64,000 nt of DNA from an uncultured Gammaproteobacteria bacterium (GCA_964486505.1 CAZAMC010000002.1:193656-257655), one strand, 5' to 3'; shown: positions 1 to 9,566, counted from the first letter of the stretch. Program-made: numbers and translations. Notes: a model not told the origin generated them from the sequence alone.

Positions 1-657
1 GGTCCGGAGATCGGCGTCGCCTCCACGAAAGCGTACACGGGGCAGGGGATTCTGCTGAACCTCCTGGCGCTCTACCTGCGGCAGCTGCGAGGGATACCAC
101 GGGAGCCGTGGATGGAGCGGTACGTGCACGCGCTGCGTTCTATTCCTGACCTCATTGGCCAGATTCTCGTCGAGGAGTCTGCTCACGTGCAGCAGCTTGC
201 CGAGAAGTACGTCGGCAATCCGAACTTCTACTTCCTGGGACGCGGTGTCAATTTGGCAACTGCTCTTGAGGGAGCGCTGAAGCTCAAGGAAGTGTCGTAC
301 ATCCACGCCGAAGGCTACCCGTCCGGCGAGATGAAGCACGGCCCACTCGCGCTCATTGACCCGGGCTTTCCATCGGTGTTCATCGTGCCGCGGCAAGATG
401 ATTGCTACGACAAGATTGTCTCGAACATGATGGAGATTAAGGCTCGGGGTGGGCCGATCATCGCCGTGGCCACGCAGGGCGACACAGGCATTGCGGACAT
501 TGCCGATGACGTCATGTACGTTCCGGCCGTCCCGTACTACCTCACGCCGCTCCTGTCGATCATCCCGCTGCAGCTCTTCGCGTACCACGCGGCCGTGCTG
601 CGGGGGCAGGATCCTGACCAGCCGCGAAACTTGGCGAAAGCCGTGGTGGTTGAGTAG
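1..657 (+). CDS. glmS: glutamine--fructose-6-phosphate aminotransferase, C-terminal SIS domain (5' partial; gene starts upstream of window)
   Basis: Reading frame is open from base 1. SIS-domain motifs (GVASTKAYT, GYPSGEMKHGPLALID) and the characteristic family C-terminus (...LAKAVVVE, compare KSVTVE) are present. Confidence 0.85.
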   Translation, partial: GPEIGVASTKAYTGQGILLNLLALYLRQLRGIPREPWMERYVHALRSIPDLIGQILVEESAHVQQLAEKYVGNPNFYFLGRGVNLATALEGALKLKEVSYIHAEGYPSGEMKHGPLALIDPGFPSVFIVPRQDDCYDKIVSNMMEIKARGGPIIAVATQGDTGIADIADDVMYVPAVPYYLTPLLSIIPLQLFAYHAAVLRGQDPDQPRNLAKAVVVE

Positions 658-754
658 TCTGTTCTTTGGAAGCACCCTCTCTCTTCGGGAGGGTGTTTTT
701 TGACATATTTTTCTGCACTCGGTACTGTACAGGCGACAAGCGGACGGTCTCCCC

Positions 755-1879
755 ATGACCCCTTCCCGCTGGCTTTTTGTCACCACCCTCGCAACCGCTA
801 CCGGCATAAGCATTGCTGATACGCACGCCCCTCTTGGCGGCCAGCTTGGCTGCGCGATCTTGCTTGTCGCTGCTCTCGTCCGCTGGCGCGGGGGCGTTCG
901 CGCAGGGTTGTGGAGCCTGCTCGTCATCAGCGCCGGGGTGTACTACGCCAGTAGTGCTCTGCCGTGGTCGCCGCCTCAACCTGCGTGGCTGGTTCACAGT
1001 CGCTCAGCGTTCGTGCACGCGCTGACCCTGGCCATGCCCGAGCGCGAAGCGCACCTGGGTGCGGGTATGCTCTTGGGTGTCACCGATGGTATCGAAAAGT
1101 CCTTGCAAACCGCTTTTCGGACGGCGGGTGTCACGCACTTGCTCGCCGTTTCCGGTGCCAACCTCTCGCTCGTGCTCGCGGCATTCACCACTACGGGCGT
1201 GCTCGTGCGTTCGCGCCGGGGTGTGTTCGGTCTTACCATTGTCCTCGCGCCGACATTCGCCCTCTTCACAAATGCTGAACCCTCCATTCTTCGGGCGGCG
1301 GCCATGGCCATCCTGGGTACGGTGATGGTGGCGTGTGGTCGCCGCGCTGCGCCGGTTAATCTTCTGGCCGCTGCGAGTGTGGGCGTATTACTCCTTGACC
1401 CGACGCTGTTGTGGGGGAGTGTTGGATTTCAGTTATCTATCGCCGCGACGTTTGGGCTGGTTACGTTAAGCCAGCCCTTCACTACCCTCGCCGGCCGACT
1501 GCACCTGCCCGGCCGAACGCTCATTGCGCCCACGTTTGCGGCAACGGTAACCACGTTGCCCGTAATTCTCTTGGCCTTTGGGCGCGCGTCGCTGGTGAGC
1601 CCCCTCGCAAATCTCGCTATCGGCCCGCTCGTCCCCATCATCATGGTGCTCGTCGTGAGTATTGGTGTGGTCACGCTCGCTCTGCCGGTTCTTGGTACAA
1701 TCCTGGGTGTTGTGGGTTGGGCACTGCTCCGCTCGGTTCAATGGCTGGCAGTCACCGCCGCCCAGTTTCCCGCCGCAAGCGTGACCCTGGTCCCGCCTTT
1801 GGCCCTCGCACTTGCAGGTGTCGCAACGTTAGGAACACTTGTTCTCATCCGTCACTATGCCCCGAAGATCTTCGCGTAA
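755..1879 (+). CDS. ComEC/Rec2-family competence membrane domain protein
   Basis: Polytopic membrane ORF with the ComEC competence-domain motif (GVTHLLAVSGANLSLV). It is followed directly by an ORF encoding the ComEC-type MBL domain. Confidence 0.55.
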   Translation: MTPSRWLFVTTLATATGISIADTHAPLGGQLGCAILLVAALVRWRGGVRAGLWSLLVISAGVYYASSALPWSPPQPAWLVHSRSAFVHALTLAMPEREAHLGAGMLLGVTDGIEKSLQTAFRTAGVTHLLAVSGANLSLVLAAFTTTGVLVRSRRGVFGLTIVLAPTFALFTNAEPSILRAAAMAILGTVMVACGRRAAPVNLLAAASVGVLLLDPTLLWGSVGFQLSIAATFGLVTLSQPFTTLAGRLHLPGRTLIAPTFAATVTTLPVILLAFGRASLVSPLANLAIGPLVPIIMVLVVSIGVVTLALPVLGTILGVVGWALLRSVQWLAVTAAQFPAASVTLVPPLALALAGVATLGTLVLIRHYAPKIFA

Positions 1880-2720
1880 ATTCTTCATCATGAGTGCTGC
1901 GGCTTTGGTCTGCGTCCTCGCCGGCCTGGGCGGGTGGTGGTTGAATCAGTCACCCACGACGCTGCAGGTATGGTTTGCCGACGTCGGGCAAGGCGATGGC
2001 ATTATTCTCCGCACACCCAGCCAGCACATCATTGTTGTTGACGGTGGCCCGCAGGCCGACTTTGTACGGGAAGTAGATGATCACGTACCAGTGAGCGATC
2101 GGACAATTGACGTGGTTGTGGCGACGCATGCGGATGCCGACCACGTGGCGGGACTAACGAACCTCGTTGCGAGCGGCCGTGTGCGTACCGTGCTCATGAA
2201 TCGTGATGCCTCGGTGACCACCAAGACGTACAAGCGCTTGCTGGATGCCATAGCCGAACAGCACGTGACGGTCATTGAAGCTCGCGCCGGCCAGACCTGG
2301 GCGTTCGGCGAGGTGCAGGTTCAGGTGCTCTGGCCAACGGCGGAAGGTCTGGCCACCGGCAAGACGACGAACGAACGCTCGGTAGTACTCAAAGTAACGT
2401 ACGGCAACCAAGATGTGCTCCTCACTGGGGATGCGCCCGATTCGGTTGAGGCCCAACTCACCAGGCAGTGGGGGAGCGCACTGGATGTGGAAGTTCTCAA
2501 AGTTGGCCACCACGGCAGTAGCCATTCTTCAACAGCGGATTTTCTCCGAGTGGTGACGCCCGAGCTCGCGGTTATTTCTGCTGGAGCGAAGAATCGGTAT
2601 GGCCATCCTGGCGCGCGAGTGCTTGCCGACCTCGCGGCAGTCAACGCCACCGTCCTCCGAACCGATGAACGCGGTGACGTCCTAGTGGCCTGCACCGTGC
2701 ACGCCTGCACTGTGGAATAG
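1839..2720 (+). CDS. ComEC-associated MBL-fold metallo-hydrolase domain protein
   Basis: N-terminal TM helix, then VWFADVGQGDGIIL / HADADHVAG / KVGHHGS motifs typical of the ComEC C-terminal beta-lactamase-fold domain. It overlaps the upstream ORF by 41 nt in a different frame. Confidence 0.65.
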   Translation: MFSSVTMPRRSSRKFFIMSAAALVCVLAGLGGWWLNQSPTTLQVWFADVGQGDGIILRTPSQHIIVVDGGPQADFVREVDDHVPVSDRTIDVVVATHADADHVAGLTNLVASGRVRTVLMNRDASVTTKTYKRLLDAIAEQHVTVIEARAGQTWAFGEVQVQVLWPTAEGLATGKTTNERSVVLKVTYGNQDVLLTGDAPDSVEAQLTRQWGSALDVEVLKVGHHGSSHSSTADFLRVVTPELAVISAGAKNRYGHPGARVLADLAAVNATVLRTDERGDVLVACTVHACTVE

Positions 2721-2764
2721 AAAGAAGCTCCACGGGTTCGGTGGAGCTTCTTTAAAGTGCTGCG

Positions 2765-3682
2765 TTAGGCATTCGCCATCGCGCGGCCGGTAACGTCGAC
2801 CAGGTTCTGGACGACGCGGCCAAGGTTGCCGCTGTTCTCAGCCGCGATGCGCTGGTTGTCTAGCGTAATGAGCTCGAGAACCAGGGCGCGCACCTGATCA
2901 GGCGGGGGAACGATGTCCTGTTCCGCCTTGAGGATGAGGATGGCGCGCCTCGTGTACGCATCAGTGGCAATAACTGCCGCCTGCGCTTCGAGCAAGGCAT
3001 TCGCCTTTAGCTGGAGGTGCTTCTTCATCGCATCGTTGGGGTCAATGTCCCCCACGGTGATGCGAGTGACGTACAACCCCCAGAGCGCTGCTTGCTCTCG
3101 CGCCAGCTTGGTGAGCTGTTCTTGGAGCGTACTCCGGGACGCGGCGATTGCGTCGCGACTTGCGGGTGGCAAACCCAGGCCATCAATGCTCAGGCCCAGG
3201 AGCTCCTCGACGGAGTACGTGGGCACCAGCGTGCGCAAGCCGCTGCGAATGAGCGGCGGAATGCGGTTGATGACGTCCTGTTCGCGAACCTGCGAGTAGG
3301 CGAGGAGCAGGTGGCCCGATTGCCAGCCGAGGAAGCGCAGCCACGACCGTTTACCATCCGGATCCTTCCGGGCGATGGTGTAGTAGCCAACGACTCCCCG
3401 GACAACGACTTCCACCCCATTGGTGGTCATAATTGTCTCGCGGCGGAAAGCCGGCTCGAGCTGATCACTGAGGATGTAGAATTCTTCCTCACGAATGTCG
3501 TACTCTTCGTAGTCGAAGAGCCACTTCGGCCAGCGTGGCATCCAGACAAGACCTTCACACAGGCGAATTGGCAGACGTCTGCCGAAGATCTTCAGCAGCC
3601 ACTGTTTGCCCGCTGGGACGCTTCGTAAGCCCCAGGCAACGAGCAAGGCGATGAACGTAAGTAGAATGAGCAGGAAACCCAT
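2765..3682 (-). CDS. SPFH/band-7 (stomatin/HflKC-like) membrane protein
   Basis: N-terminal hydrophobic anchor followed by an SPFH-like core and a helical C-terminus. Confidence 0.6.
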   Translation of the reverse strand: MGFLLILLTFIALLVAWGLRSVPAGKQWLLKIFGRRLPIRLCEGLVWMPRWPKWLFDYEEYDIREEEFYILSDQLEPAFRRETIMTTNGVEVVVRGVVGYYTIARKDPDGKRSWLRFLGWQSGHLLLAYSQVREQDVINRIPPLIRSGLRTLVPTYSVEELLGLSIDGLGLPPASRDAIAASRSTLQEQLTKLAREQAALWGLYVTRITVGDIDPNDAMKKHLQLKANALLEAQAAVIATDAYTRRAILILKAEQDIVPPPDQVRALVLELITLDNQRIAAENSGNLGRVVQNLVDVTGRAMANA

Positions 3683-3792
3683 GACATTCCTCCTTGAATG
3701 TTGATTTCATTGGTAACGGCTGACCCTACCACCCCATGTATTTCGCGTCAAGGCAAGTGCGTGTCGACTGGCAAATCTTTTTGGTTAGGTCT

Positions 3793-3820
3793 TGACAAAA
3801 GCACCTTCCCGTGCTACCAT
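3793..3820 (+). promoter_or_regulatory. candidate sigma70-type promoter (TTGACA-16-TACCAT) upstream of the 3923..6866 gene cluster
   Basis: Near-consensus -35 hexamer and a plausible -10 about 100 nt upstream of the first ATG, which has an AAGGAG RBS. Confidence 0.3.
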
Positions 3821-3922
3821 GCGGCGTTATGGCCATGGGCTCCTCCTGTGGTTATGGCTCCACCCCCAAGGTGGATGATCGTTGACAACAACATAGTAGC
3901 TATAAACAGAAGGAGCCAAATA

Positions 3923-4882
3923 ATGGCACAGAGAAAAGACAACGAGCCAAAGCCGTCACGGTTTGGGCTCGGAAAGAAAGAGTGGCTGTTCATCGACGGA
4001 AGCCTCGCTGTACGCCTGTGGTTTTTTTCACCACGGGGGAACGGCGAAATTACCGGATCGGTCTACGGCCAAAACCTCCCGACGACTCAGTTGGCGACTG
4101 CTGGTCTCACCCTGGTGGAAGTTCTGAACATTGATCAGAGGCTTTCCCCACGACTCGAGGCCACGTGCACCACACCCACGGGTGACGTACTCACGCTCAG
4201 CCAGGACATCCCGGCCGAGCAACCCGCGAACTCCGAGCAGATTGAGGTGAAGTGGCGCGACTACCGGGACGGCGAAACGCTGTGCTTGGAAGTCGCCGCT
4301 CGCGTCCTCAGTATTGCTGGTCGGGTGCTCCCGCCCGTACCCGTTACGTTCACGTTGAACAATGAACTCCCCGATCCGGTACCAACGGATGCGAAGGGCA
4401 TTGCGCCGACGACGTTCCGGGCACTGGAGTACAATCGAACGTACACGCTGACGGTGGCAACCCCATCCAGCGGTACCCGTTCGGTACCCATAACTATTAA
4501 GCCGGCCCGCGCCGTTGCTTACGACATCCACGAATCCGTGGTGCCGGTAGCAGACGGCCAGCCGACGCACTTCACTCTCAAGATCACGGTGTGGGACGAC
4601 GTCAAAGTCGTGCCGCTCCGGGGCCTGAAGGTGAATGGGTATGCTTGTGGGGAGCCGCAGTCAGCCGAGACAAATGACCGTGGCATTGCGGAACTCACGT
4701 TCCCCATGGACACGCGCGGCAGCGAAACCCGCTACCGCATCCTGGTTGAAGATGGCAAAGAGAAGGAAAGCTTCTTCCGCCATCCGACACCCAATCAGCC
4801 AATTGCGACAGAGACGCAAGCGCCACGGACTTTCCGTGAAGCTTTCCGTTCTGCCCGCAACAAGCAAGTCGGGAAGGAGTAG
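3923..4882 (+). CDS. hypothetical protein with beta-sandwich (Ig/transthyretin-like) C-terminal domain
   Basis: AAGGAG lies 7 nt upstream of ATG 3923; the ORF-track start at 3698 runs through the promoter region. The C-terminal segment (LKVNGYACGEP...TNDRGIAELTFP) resembles carboxypeptidase-regulatory-like beta-sandwich domains. No obvious signal peptide. Confidence 0.5.
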   Translation: MAQRKDNEPKPSRFGLGKKEWLFIDGSLAVRLWFFSPRGNGEITGSVYGQNLPTTQLATAGLTLVEVLNIDQRLSPRLEATCTTPTGDVLTLSQDIPAEQPANSEQIEVKWRDYRDGETLCLEVAARVLSIAGRVLPPVPVTFTLNNELPDPVPTDAKGIAPTTFRALEYNRTYTLTVATPSSGTRSVPITIKPARAVAYDIHESVVPVADGQPTHFTLKITVWDDVKVVPLRGLKVNGYACGEPQSAETNDRGIAELTFPMDTRGSETRYRILVEDGKEKESFFRHPTPNQPIATETQAPRTFREAFRSARNKQVGKE

Positions 4883-4887
4883 AAATC

Positions 4888-5874
4888 ATGTTTTTCTGGA
4901 TTGATTTTTCTTCGTGGTGGATGTCGATTCTCAGCATTCTGGGAATTGGTATCCTCGCCTGTATCGCGTGGTTGGTCCTGTACATTGGGTACCGGCTTAT
5001 CACCGATAATTTCCGCCGCCCCCAGCGCCTGCGCATGGATCGGCCGAACGTAAATGCTCCGGACACAACCCGCATGGGTTTTCTCGGCCGGAGTACGGTT
5101 TTCCTGGGTAGTATGCTCGGGGGGATGTGGGGTTGGTGGCTGCAGTCGAACAACCGGCGCGCACGGGTAATCCTGCTCGTGTTGACGTTGGCGACAGTTG
5201 CCTTCATGTTCCTGTACCTTCCGTACGCGTACCACCACGCACAGCCCAATGGTTTGCGCGATGCGGTGTTCACCGAAACCTTCGGACAGAAGCCGCTCTC
5301 GCAGAAGTCCTTGTCACGCTCGGCGTACATTCCCAATCCGGACGAATTCTACGGTTACACTTCGGCAACAGCCGAGGGTGGAACGAAAGAAAAGACTGGA
5401 AATGGGGAGAAGCCGGCTAGTCCAGTAACCGCGAGTGATGCACAGTCGGGGAACATCTACTCTGGCTCCAGCATCCTCTGGTTATTCTTCTGGATGTTTG
5501 CATTCATGCCGTTTGCCTGGGCCTGCGCCATCCTGTATGCGGTTCTCTCACTCCGTGAGGAAACCTGGAACGTCGCTCGGGCAATGGTTATGAAACTGCG
5601 TGATTGGGTAAGCAATATGGGCGAGTCCGGCATTCGCGGAACGCGGAGCGTCGGCGGTGCGCAGGGAGGCCTTACCTTCAGTACGCCACTTGTTATGACG
5701 TCATCTGGCGCGGTCGCTGCCGAAGCTGACAAGCCGAAAGCAGAAGTGCCGTGGGCCAAGATCATGCAGTGGGTTAAGCGGAACAGCGGCGAGATTGTCG
5801 CCGGCCTGTTCGTTATTGATGAACTGTTAGAACTCGGCGCCGTGCGTAAAAAGCATCGGACGCCGAAAGACTGA
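4888..5874 (+). CDS. hypothetical polytopic membrane protein
   Basis: About four hydrophobic helices. Starts 6 nt after the upstream stop, consistent with co-transcription. Confidence 0.5.
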   Translation: MFFWIDFSSWWMSILSILGIGILACIAWLVLYIGYRLITDNFRRPQRLRMDRPNVNAPDTTRMGFLGRSTVFLGSMLGGMWGWWLQSNNRRARVILLVLTLATVAFMFLYLPYAYHHAQPNGLRDAVFTETFGQKPLSQKSLSRSAYIPNPDEFYGYTSATAEGGTKEKTGNGEKPASPVTASDAQSGNIYSGSSILWLFFWMFAFMPFAWACAILYAVLSLREETWNVARAMVMKLRDWVSNMGESGIRGTRSVGGAQGGLTFSTPLVMTSSGAVAAEADKPKAEVPWAKIMQWVKRNSGEIVAGLFVIDELLELGAVRKKHRTPKD

Positions 5875-5885
5875 AGGAGTGAGAA

Positions 5886-6866
5886 ATGTTGACATTGTGG
5901 AATATCATAAAGAAAATCCCGGGTACGGTAGCGATCGTCATCGCCACTATCCTGGGAGTCGTCATCCTCTCAATTATGTTTCCGGAGCGCAGTCAGCTCC
6001 TGGCGATGCTGGCCGTCGTAACGCTGGTACCGCTGGTTGCTTTCCGCATCCGGAAGGAAGCCGGTTTCATCGTCACCGCTCTGGTGGTGGTCGCGCTGGC
6101 TTTCTGGGGCCCCAGCATGGTTCGGGAATTCAACCGGGCCAGTAATCCGAATGGCACCTTTGCAAGCTTCTTCGCGAAAGCGAAGGAGCAAACGTTGGGG
6201 GCGATTGGCTTGTACAAGCCGGGCGCCATTGGTCAGGCTTCGCTGCTTTCAGGGGTTATGGCCTCTGACGCGAAGCTGAGCGCCAATATTGAGAAGCAAA
6301 TAATTCATACGGGGTCGACCATTGACGATACGCAGATGACCCTCAAGCATGAGCAGATCGACAGTATGTTCTCAGCGGCGGGCGCTATCAAGACCAATCA
6401 AGAGGTCTTCGGCAGAATCCTCGCGGCTGGCGGCATGAATGCGGTATTGATGAAGTCTTCCGCCGAACCGGACACAATCCAGGTCGACGTGAAGGATTCG
6501 TCGCCCAAATCGGTATCGATACCGAAGGGGCACGATGCAATGCTCACCGTGCGTTTTGCACGGTATAACTGCGGCGCTGGGTACTACGGCGCTTCGGGGT
6601 GCGGGGTAACACCGGTACTCTCGGAGAGCACATACCCGACCGCGTTCGTTGCGCCAAACTTGTCGGCTTGGGCCACGCTCTACCGCATTAACGGTGGCGA
6701 GTGGCACGTCCTGCAGGATGGCGTGAACACCTACATCAAAGGTAATCTCGAAAGCGACACGGAAGTGGAGTTCGTCGTCAACGACAGAACTACCACCTTC
6801 GACAACAACATCGGCGACTGCGTCATCGGGTACCAAAACATCCCGATGGGCTACGCATCGCTGTAG
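5886..6866 (+). CDS. hypothetical membrane-anchored protein with beta-rich extracytoplasmic domain
   Basis: Three N-terminal hydrophobic helices, then a soluble Cys/Gly/Tyr-containing domain. Tightly spaced with upstream genes. Confidence 0.5.
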   Translation: MLTLWNIIKKIPGTVAIVIATILGVVILSIMFPERSQLLAMLAVVTLVPLVAFRIRKEAGFIVTALVVVALAFWGPSMVREFNRASNPNGTFASFFAKAKEQTLGAIGLYKPGAIGQASLLSGVMASDAKLSANIEKQIIHTGSTIDDTQMTLKHEQIDSMFSAAGAIKTNQEVFGRILAAGGMNAVLMKSSAEPDTIQVDVKDSSPKSVSIPKGHDAMLTVRFARYNCGAGYYGASGCGVTPVLSESTYPTAFVAPNLSAWATLYRINGGEWHVLQDGVNTYIKGNLESDTEVEFVVNDRTTTFDNNIGDCVIGYQNIPMGYASL

Positions 6867-6982
6867 TACAACCTTGTTATTTCCGGGGCAGTCTCGAATG
6901 AGACTGCCCTTTCTTTTTTCTCAGAAATGTGCTAGAATACATTGGTAAACAAAACGTGCTCTCACCTTTACCATTTTTGCGT

Positions 6983-9340
6983 ATGCGCACTCGTACGCTG
7001 AACCTATCGTTTGCCACCGCCATTACTCTGGCGGCGTTTTTGTTTCTTCCGAACGTGTCGCATGCCGTGTATGGCAGCGTGAGCACCTTCTTGGGGAAAA
7101 TCTACGCGGGTGATAGTGGTACTCGCACCGAAGCGCTCCTGGATTTTCCCGAAGATGTAGAAGTGACCAGTGATGGAACGTTCTACATTGCCGACACCTA
7201 CAACAATGTGATTCGCAAAGTGTCGCCTGCCGGCACAGTCTCCACGTACGCTGGAACAGGTGAGTACGGGAATAAGGATGGCACCGCTACCACGGCAACT
7301 TTCGCCTTGCCGCGGGGCCTTGCATTTGATGGCAGCGGGAACTTATACGTTGCTGACTCGGCGAATAACCGAATTAGAAAAATTAGCCCAAGCGGTGCGG
7401 TGTCCACGTTGGTGCGCACCGGCCTCGCCAACCCCCAAGGCGTTGTCGTGAATGGTTCAACTCTCTACATTGCCGATACCGACGGCAATGCCATTCGGAA
7501 GGTTCCAACTGCGGGCGGCAAGCTGGTAACCGTCTCTACCCAAGTGAAGAAGCCGAAGAAGATTACGCTTACTGCGGCAGGGAACCTGTACGTCGCGGAT
7601 AGTGGCACCTACCGGGTGCTGGAGGTGAACGTCAATACGGGCGTGGCCTCTGTCATTGCCGGTTCGGGCTCGGCCGGTTACTGGGAGGGTGTGGGGAGTG
7701 AAGCGCTCTTCCGCAATGTGTACGGCGTTACACGGGATGGCGATACGCTGTACGTGTCGGATGGTGACGGGCTAACCGACTACGTGCGTGCTATCAACCT
7801 CGTTACCCACGAGACGCGACTGGTTGCCCAGGATTCTCGCATGCTCGAAGTGAACGTGCCGTGTGGCCTGCGCGTGTTCAATGGTCAGGTATACGTGGCG
7901 AATGCTGGAATCAGCACAATTCATCGGTTCAACCCGAGTAACGAACTGGATAAGGAGCAGTACATTGGCTCCACGCGGTTTGGGGACGTAAACGGCGTAG
8001 CGGCGAACGTCTTGCTCGGTCGGCCCTCGGCCATGGCGATAACCGCCGATGGCGCCACCATGTACACTATTGTGAATAACCACATCCGGCGTATTACGTT
8101 GGCCACGGGGGCAACGGAGACGATTATTGGTGACATCATTGATGGGTATGGTGAAGGTCCGGCCGACCAAGCATCACCGCGCGTGCGCTTCAGTTCGCCC
8201 GCGTCCCTGGTTTTGAGCCCCGATGGAACAGCGCTCTACGTGGCGGACCGGTGGAACAACCGCATTCGCAAAGTGGATCTTACGGTAACGCCGGTGGTCG
8301 CTTCGCTCATTTCAGGTTCGGGCATCACAAATGCAACCGGCGCCATGAACAACGGCTACCAGGAAGGGGCGCAGTGCGTCACCGAATCGTTGGCCCAGGC
8401 CGGGTGTGCGTACTTCCGGGGGCCGCAGGGGATTGCAGTTTCACCCGACGGCGCCACACTGTACGTGGCTGACTCAGGGAACAACCGCATCCGGAGCGTT
8501 CGCGTCAGTGATGGCGTTACCTCGCTTATCGCTGGCTCCTCCGCTGGCTTTGCCGACGGCACCGGGAGTGCAGCGAAGTTCCGAGCACCCTCTCGGCTCG
8601 CACTTTCGCTGGATGGCGCCACGTTGTACGTGGCTGACACGGGTAACCATCGCATTCGGGCAATCACCCTGGAAACGGGGAAGGTTGCAACCCTTGCGGG
8701 CAGCAAGCAAGGCCATGAAGAAGGCCAAGGCATTTTTGCGGCCTTGTCGCTCCCCGTGGGTCTGGCCATGGGGCCCGGCAATCAGCTGTACATTTCCAGT
8801 GTGGGTTCAAATCGGGTAACCGTGGTAAACACGAAGACGGGTTTGATGACGCTGGTATCGGGCTCGGCAGAGCGTGGGTACCGCAACGGCACGTGGTTGC
8901 AGGCCCGCTTCAATTCCTTGGCTAGCTTGGCGCTCACGCCCGATGGCACTGCGCTGTACGTGGCCGATAGTTGGAACGACATCATCCGGAAGGTGGACGT
9001 GGTGGGTGGGCCGAAGTTTAGCCAAGCCGCCCCTGTGTACAGCCGTTTCTTGGTGGCCAAGTTGAAGCAGGCCAAGACATCAACCCAGACAGCATACCTT
9101 GACATCTTCGGTAAAAATTTCCGCAATGGTGTGCAGGTACAAATTGGTTCGTACAAGCTCAAGACTTTCAAGAAGTCTGGGACCAACATCAACATGCTCA
9201 TCCCATGGGGGAAGATGAAGCCCGGTTACTACGACGTGAAGATTACGAACCGCGATACGCAGTTCACCATTAAGCGGGGGGCTTTTGCCATCACTGACAG
9301 TAAGGGGAATATTCCCAAGACGTACTACCGCATTCGATAA
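6983..9340 (+). CDS. secreted NHL-repeat protein with C-terminal Ig-like domain
   Basis: Signal peptide (MRTRTLNLSFATAITLAAFLFLPNVSHA). At least six NHL-type repeats (YVADSANNRIRKI, YIADTYNNVIRKV, YVADRWNNRIRKV, YVADSGNNRIRSV, YVADTGNHRIRAI, YVADSWNDIIRKV). ATG at 6983 is chosen over the upstream in-frame ORF start. Confidence 0.75.
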   Translation: MRTRTLNLSFATAITLAAFLFLPNVSHAVYGSVSTFLGKIYAGDSGTRTEALLDFPEDVEVTSDGTFYIADTYNNVIRKVSPAGTVSTYAGTGEYGNKDGTATTATFALPRGLAFDGSGNLYVADSANNRIRKISPSGAVSTLVRTGLANPQGVVVNGSTLYIADTDGNAIRKVPTAGGKLVTVSTQVKKPKKITLTAAGNLYVADSGTYRVLEVNVNTGVASVIAGSGSAGYWEGVGSEALFRNVYGVTRDGDTLYVSDGDGLTDYVRAINLVTHETRLVAQDSRMLEVNVPCGLRVFNGQVYVANAGISTIHRFNPSNELDKEQYIGSTRFGDVNGVAANVLLGRPSAMAITADGATMYTIVNNHIRRITLATGATETIIGDIIDGYGEGPADQASPRVRFSSPASLVLSPDGTALYVADRWNNRIRKVDLTVTPVVASLISGSGITNATGAMNNGYQEGAQCVTESLAQAGCAYFRGPQGIAVSPDGATLYVADSGNNRIRSVRVSDGVTSLIAGSSAGFADGTGSAAKFRAPSRLALSLDGATLYVADTGNHRIRAITLETGKVATLAGSKQGHEEGQGIFAALSLPVGLAMGPGNQLYISSVGSNRVTVVNTKTGLMTLVSGSAERGYRNGTWLQARFNSLASLALTPDGTALYVADSWNDIIRKVDVVGGPKFSQAAPVYSRFLVAKLKQAKTSTQTAYLDIFGKNFRNGVQVQIGSYKLKTFKKSGTNINMLIPWGKMKPGYYDVKITNRDTQFTIKRGAFAITDSKGNIPKTYYRIR

Positions 9341-9355
9341 CGATGCAACACAAAG

Positions 9356-9379
9356 GCCCCTCACTATAGAGGGGCTTTT
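9356..9379 (+). terminator. intrinsic terminator of the NHL-repeat gene
   Basis: GCCCCTC-ACTATA-GAGGGGC hairpin followed by TTTT, 16 nt after the stop. Confidence 0.55.
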
Positions 9380-9380
9380 G

Positions 9381-9401
9381 TGGCGGACCCGAAGGGAATC
9401 G
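9381..9401 (-). repeat. 21-nt direct copy of the 3' end of tRNA-Asp (with a degenerate T-arm remnant up to about 9450)
   Basis: tggcggacccgaagggaatcg at 9381-9401 is identical to 9491-9511. Adjacent sequence retains GGCCGATTCCCTTC in place of GGTTCGATTCCCTTC. Confidence 0.5.
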
Positions 9402-9490
9402 GCCTCCGGCCCGGCTTGCTCTCGATGGGTCGCAAGCTTCGATTCCCTTCAGACAAACGACCAGTCAGCACGGTGTGCTGCCTGTTCGTC

Positions 9491-9566
9491 TGGCGGACCC
9501 GAAGGGAATCGAACCCTCGGTCTCCTCCGTGACAGGGAGGCGTGTTAACCGCTACACTACGGGTCC
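9491..9566 (-). tRNA. tRNA-Asp (anticodon GTC), CCA encoded
   Basis: Cloverleaf on minus strand: GGACCCG/TA/GTGT-AGCGGTTA-ACAC/G/CCTCC-CTGTCAC-GGAGG/AGACC/GAGGG-TTCGATT-CCCTT/CGGGTCC/G/CCA. Confidence 0.85.

Noticed and set aside
449-1025. ORF-track entries overlapping glmS and the start of comEC on both strands (449..703, 560..997, 813..1025 and others)
   Set aside because: They are entirely nested in or antisense to strongly supported genes. High GC produces many long spurious frames.
3698-3922. Upstream extension of the 3923 gene (ORF-track start 3698)
   Set aside because: It runs through the TTGACA/TACCAT promoter and has no RBS. ATG 3923 has a consensus AAGGAG.
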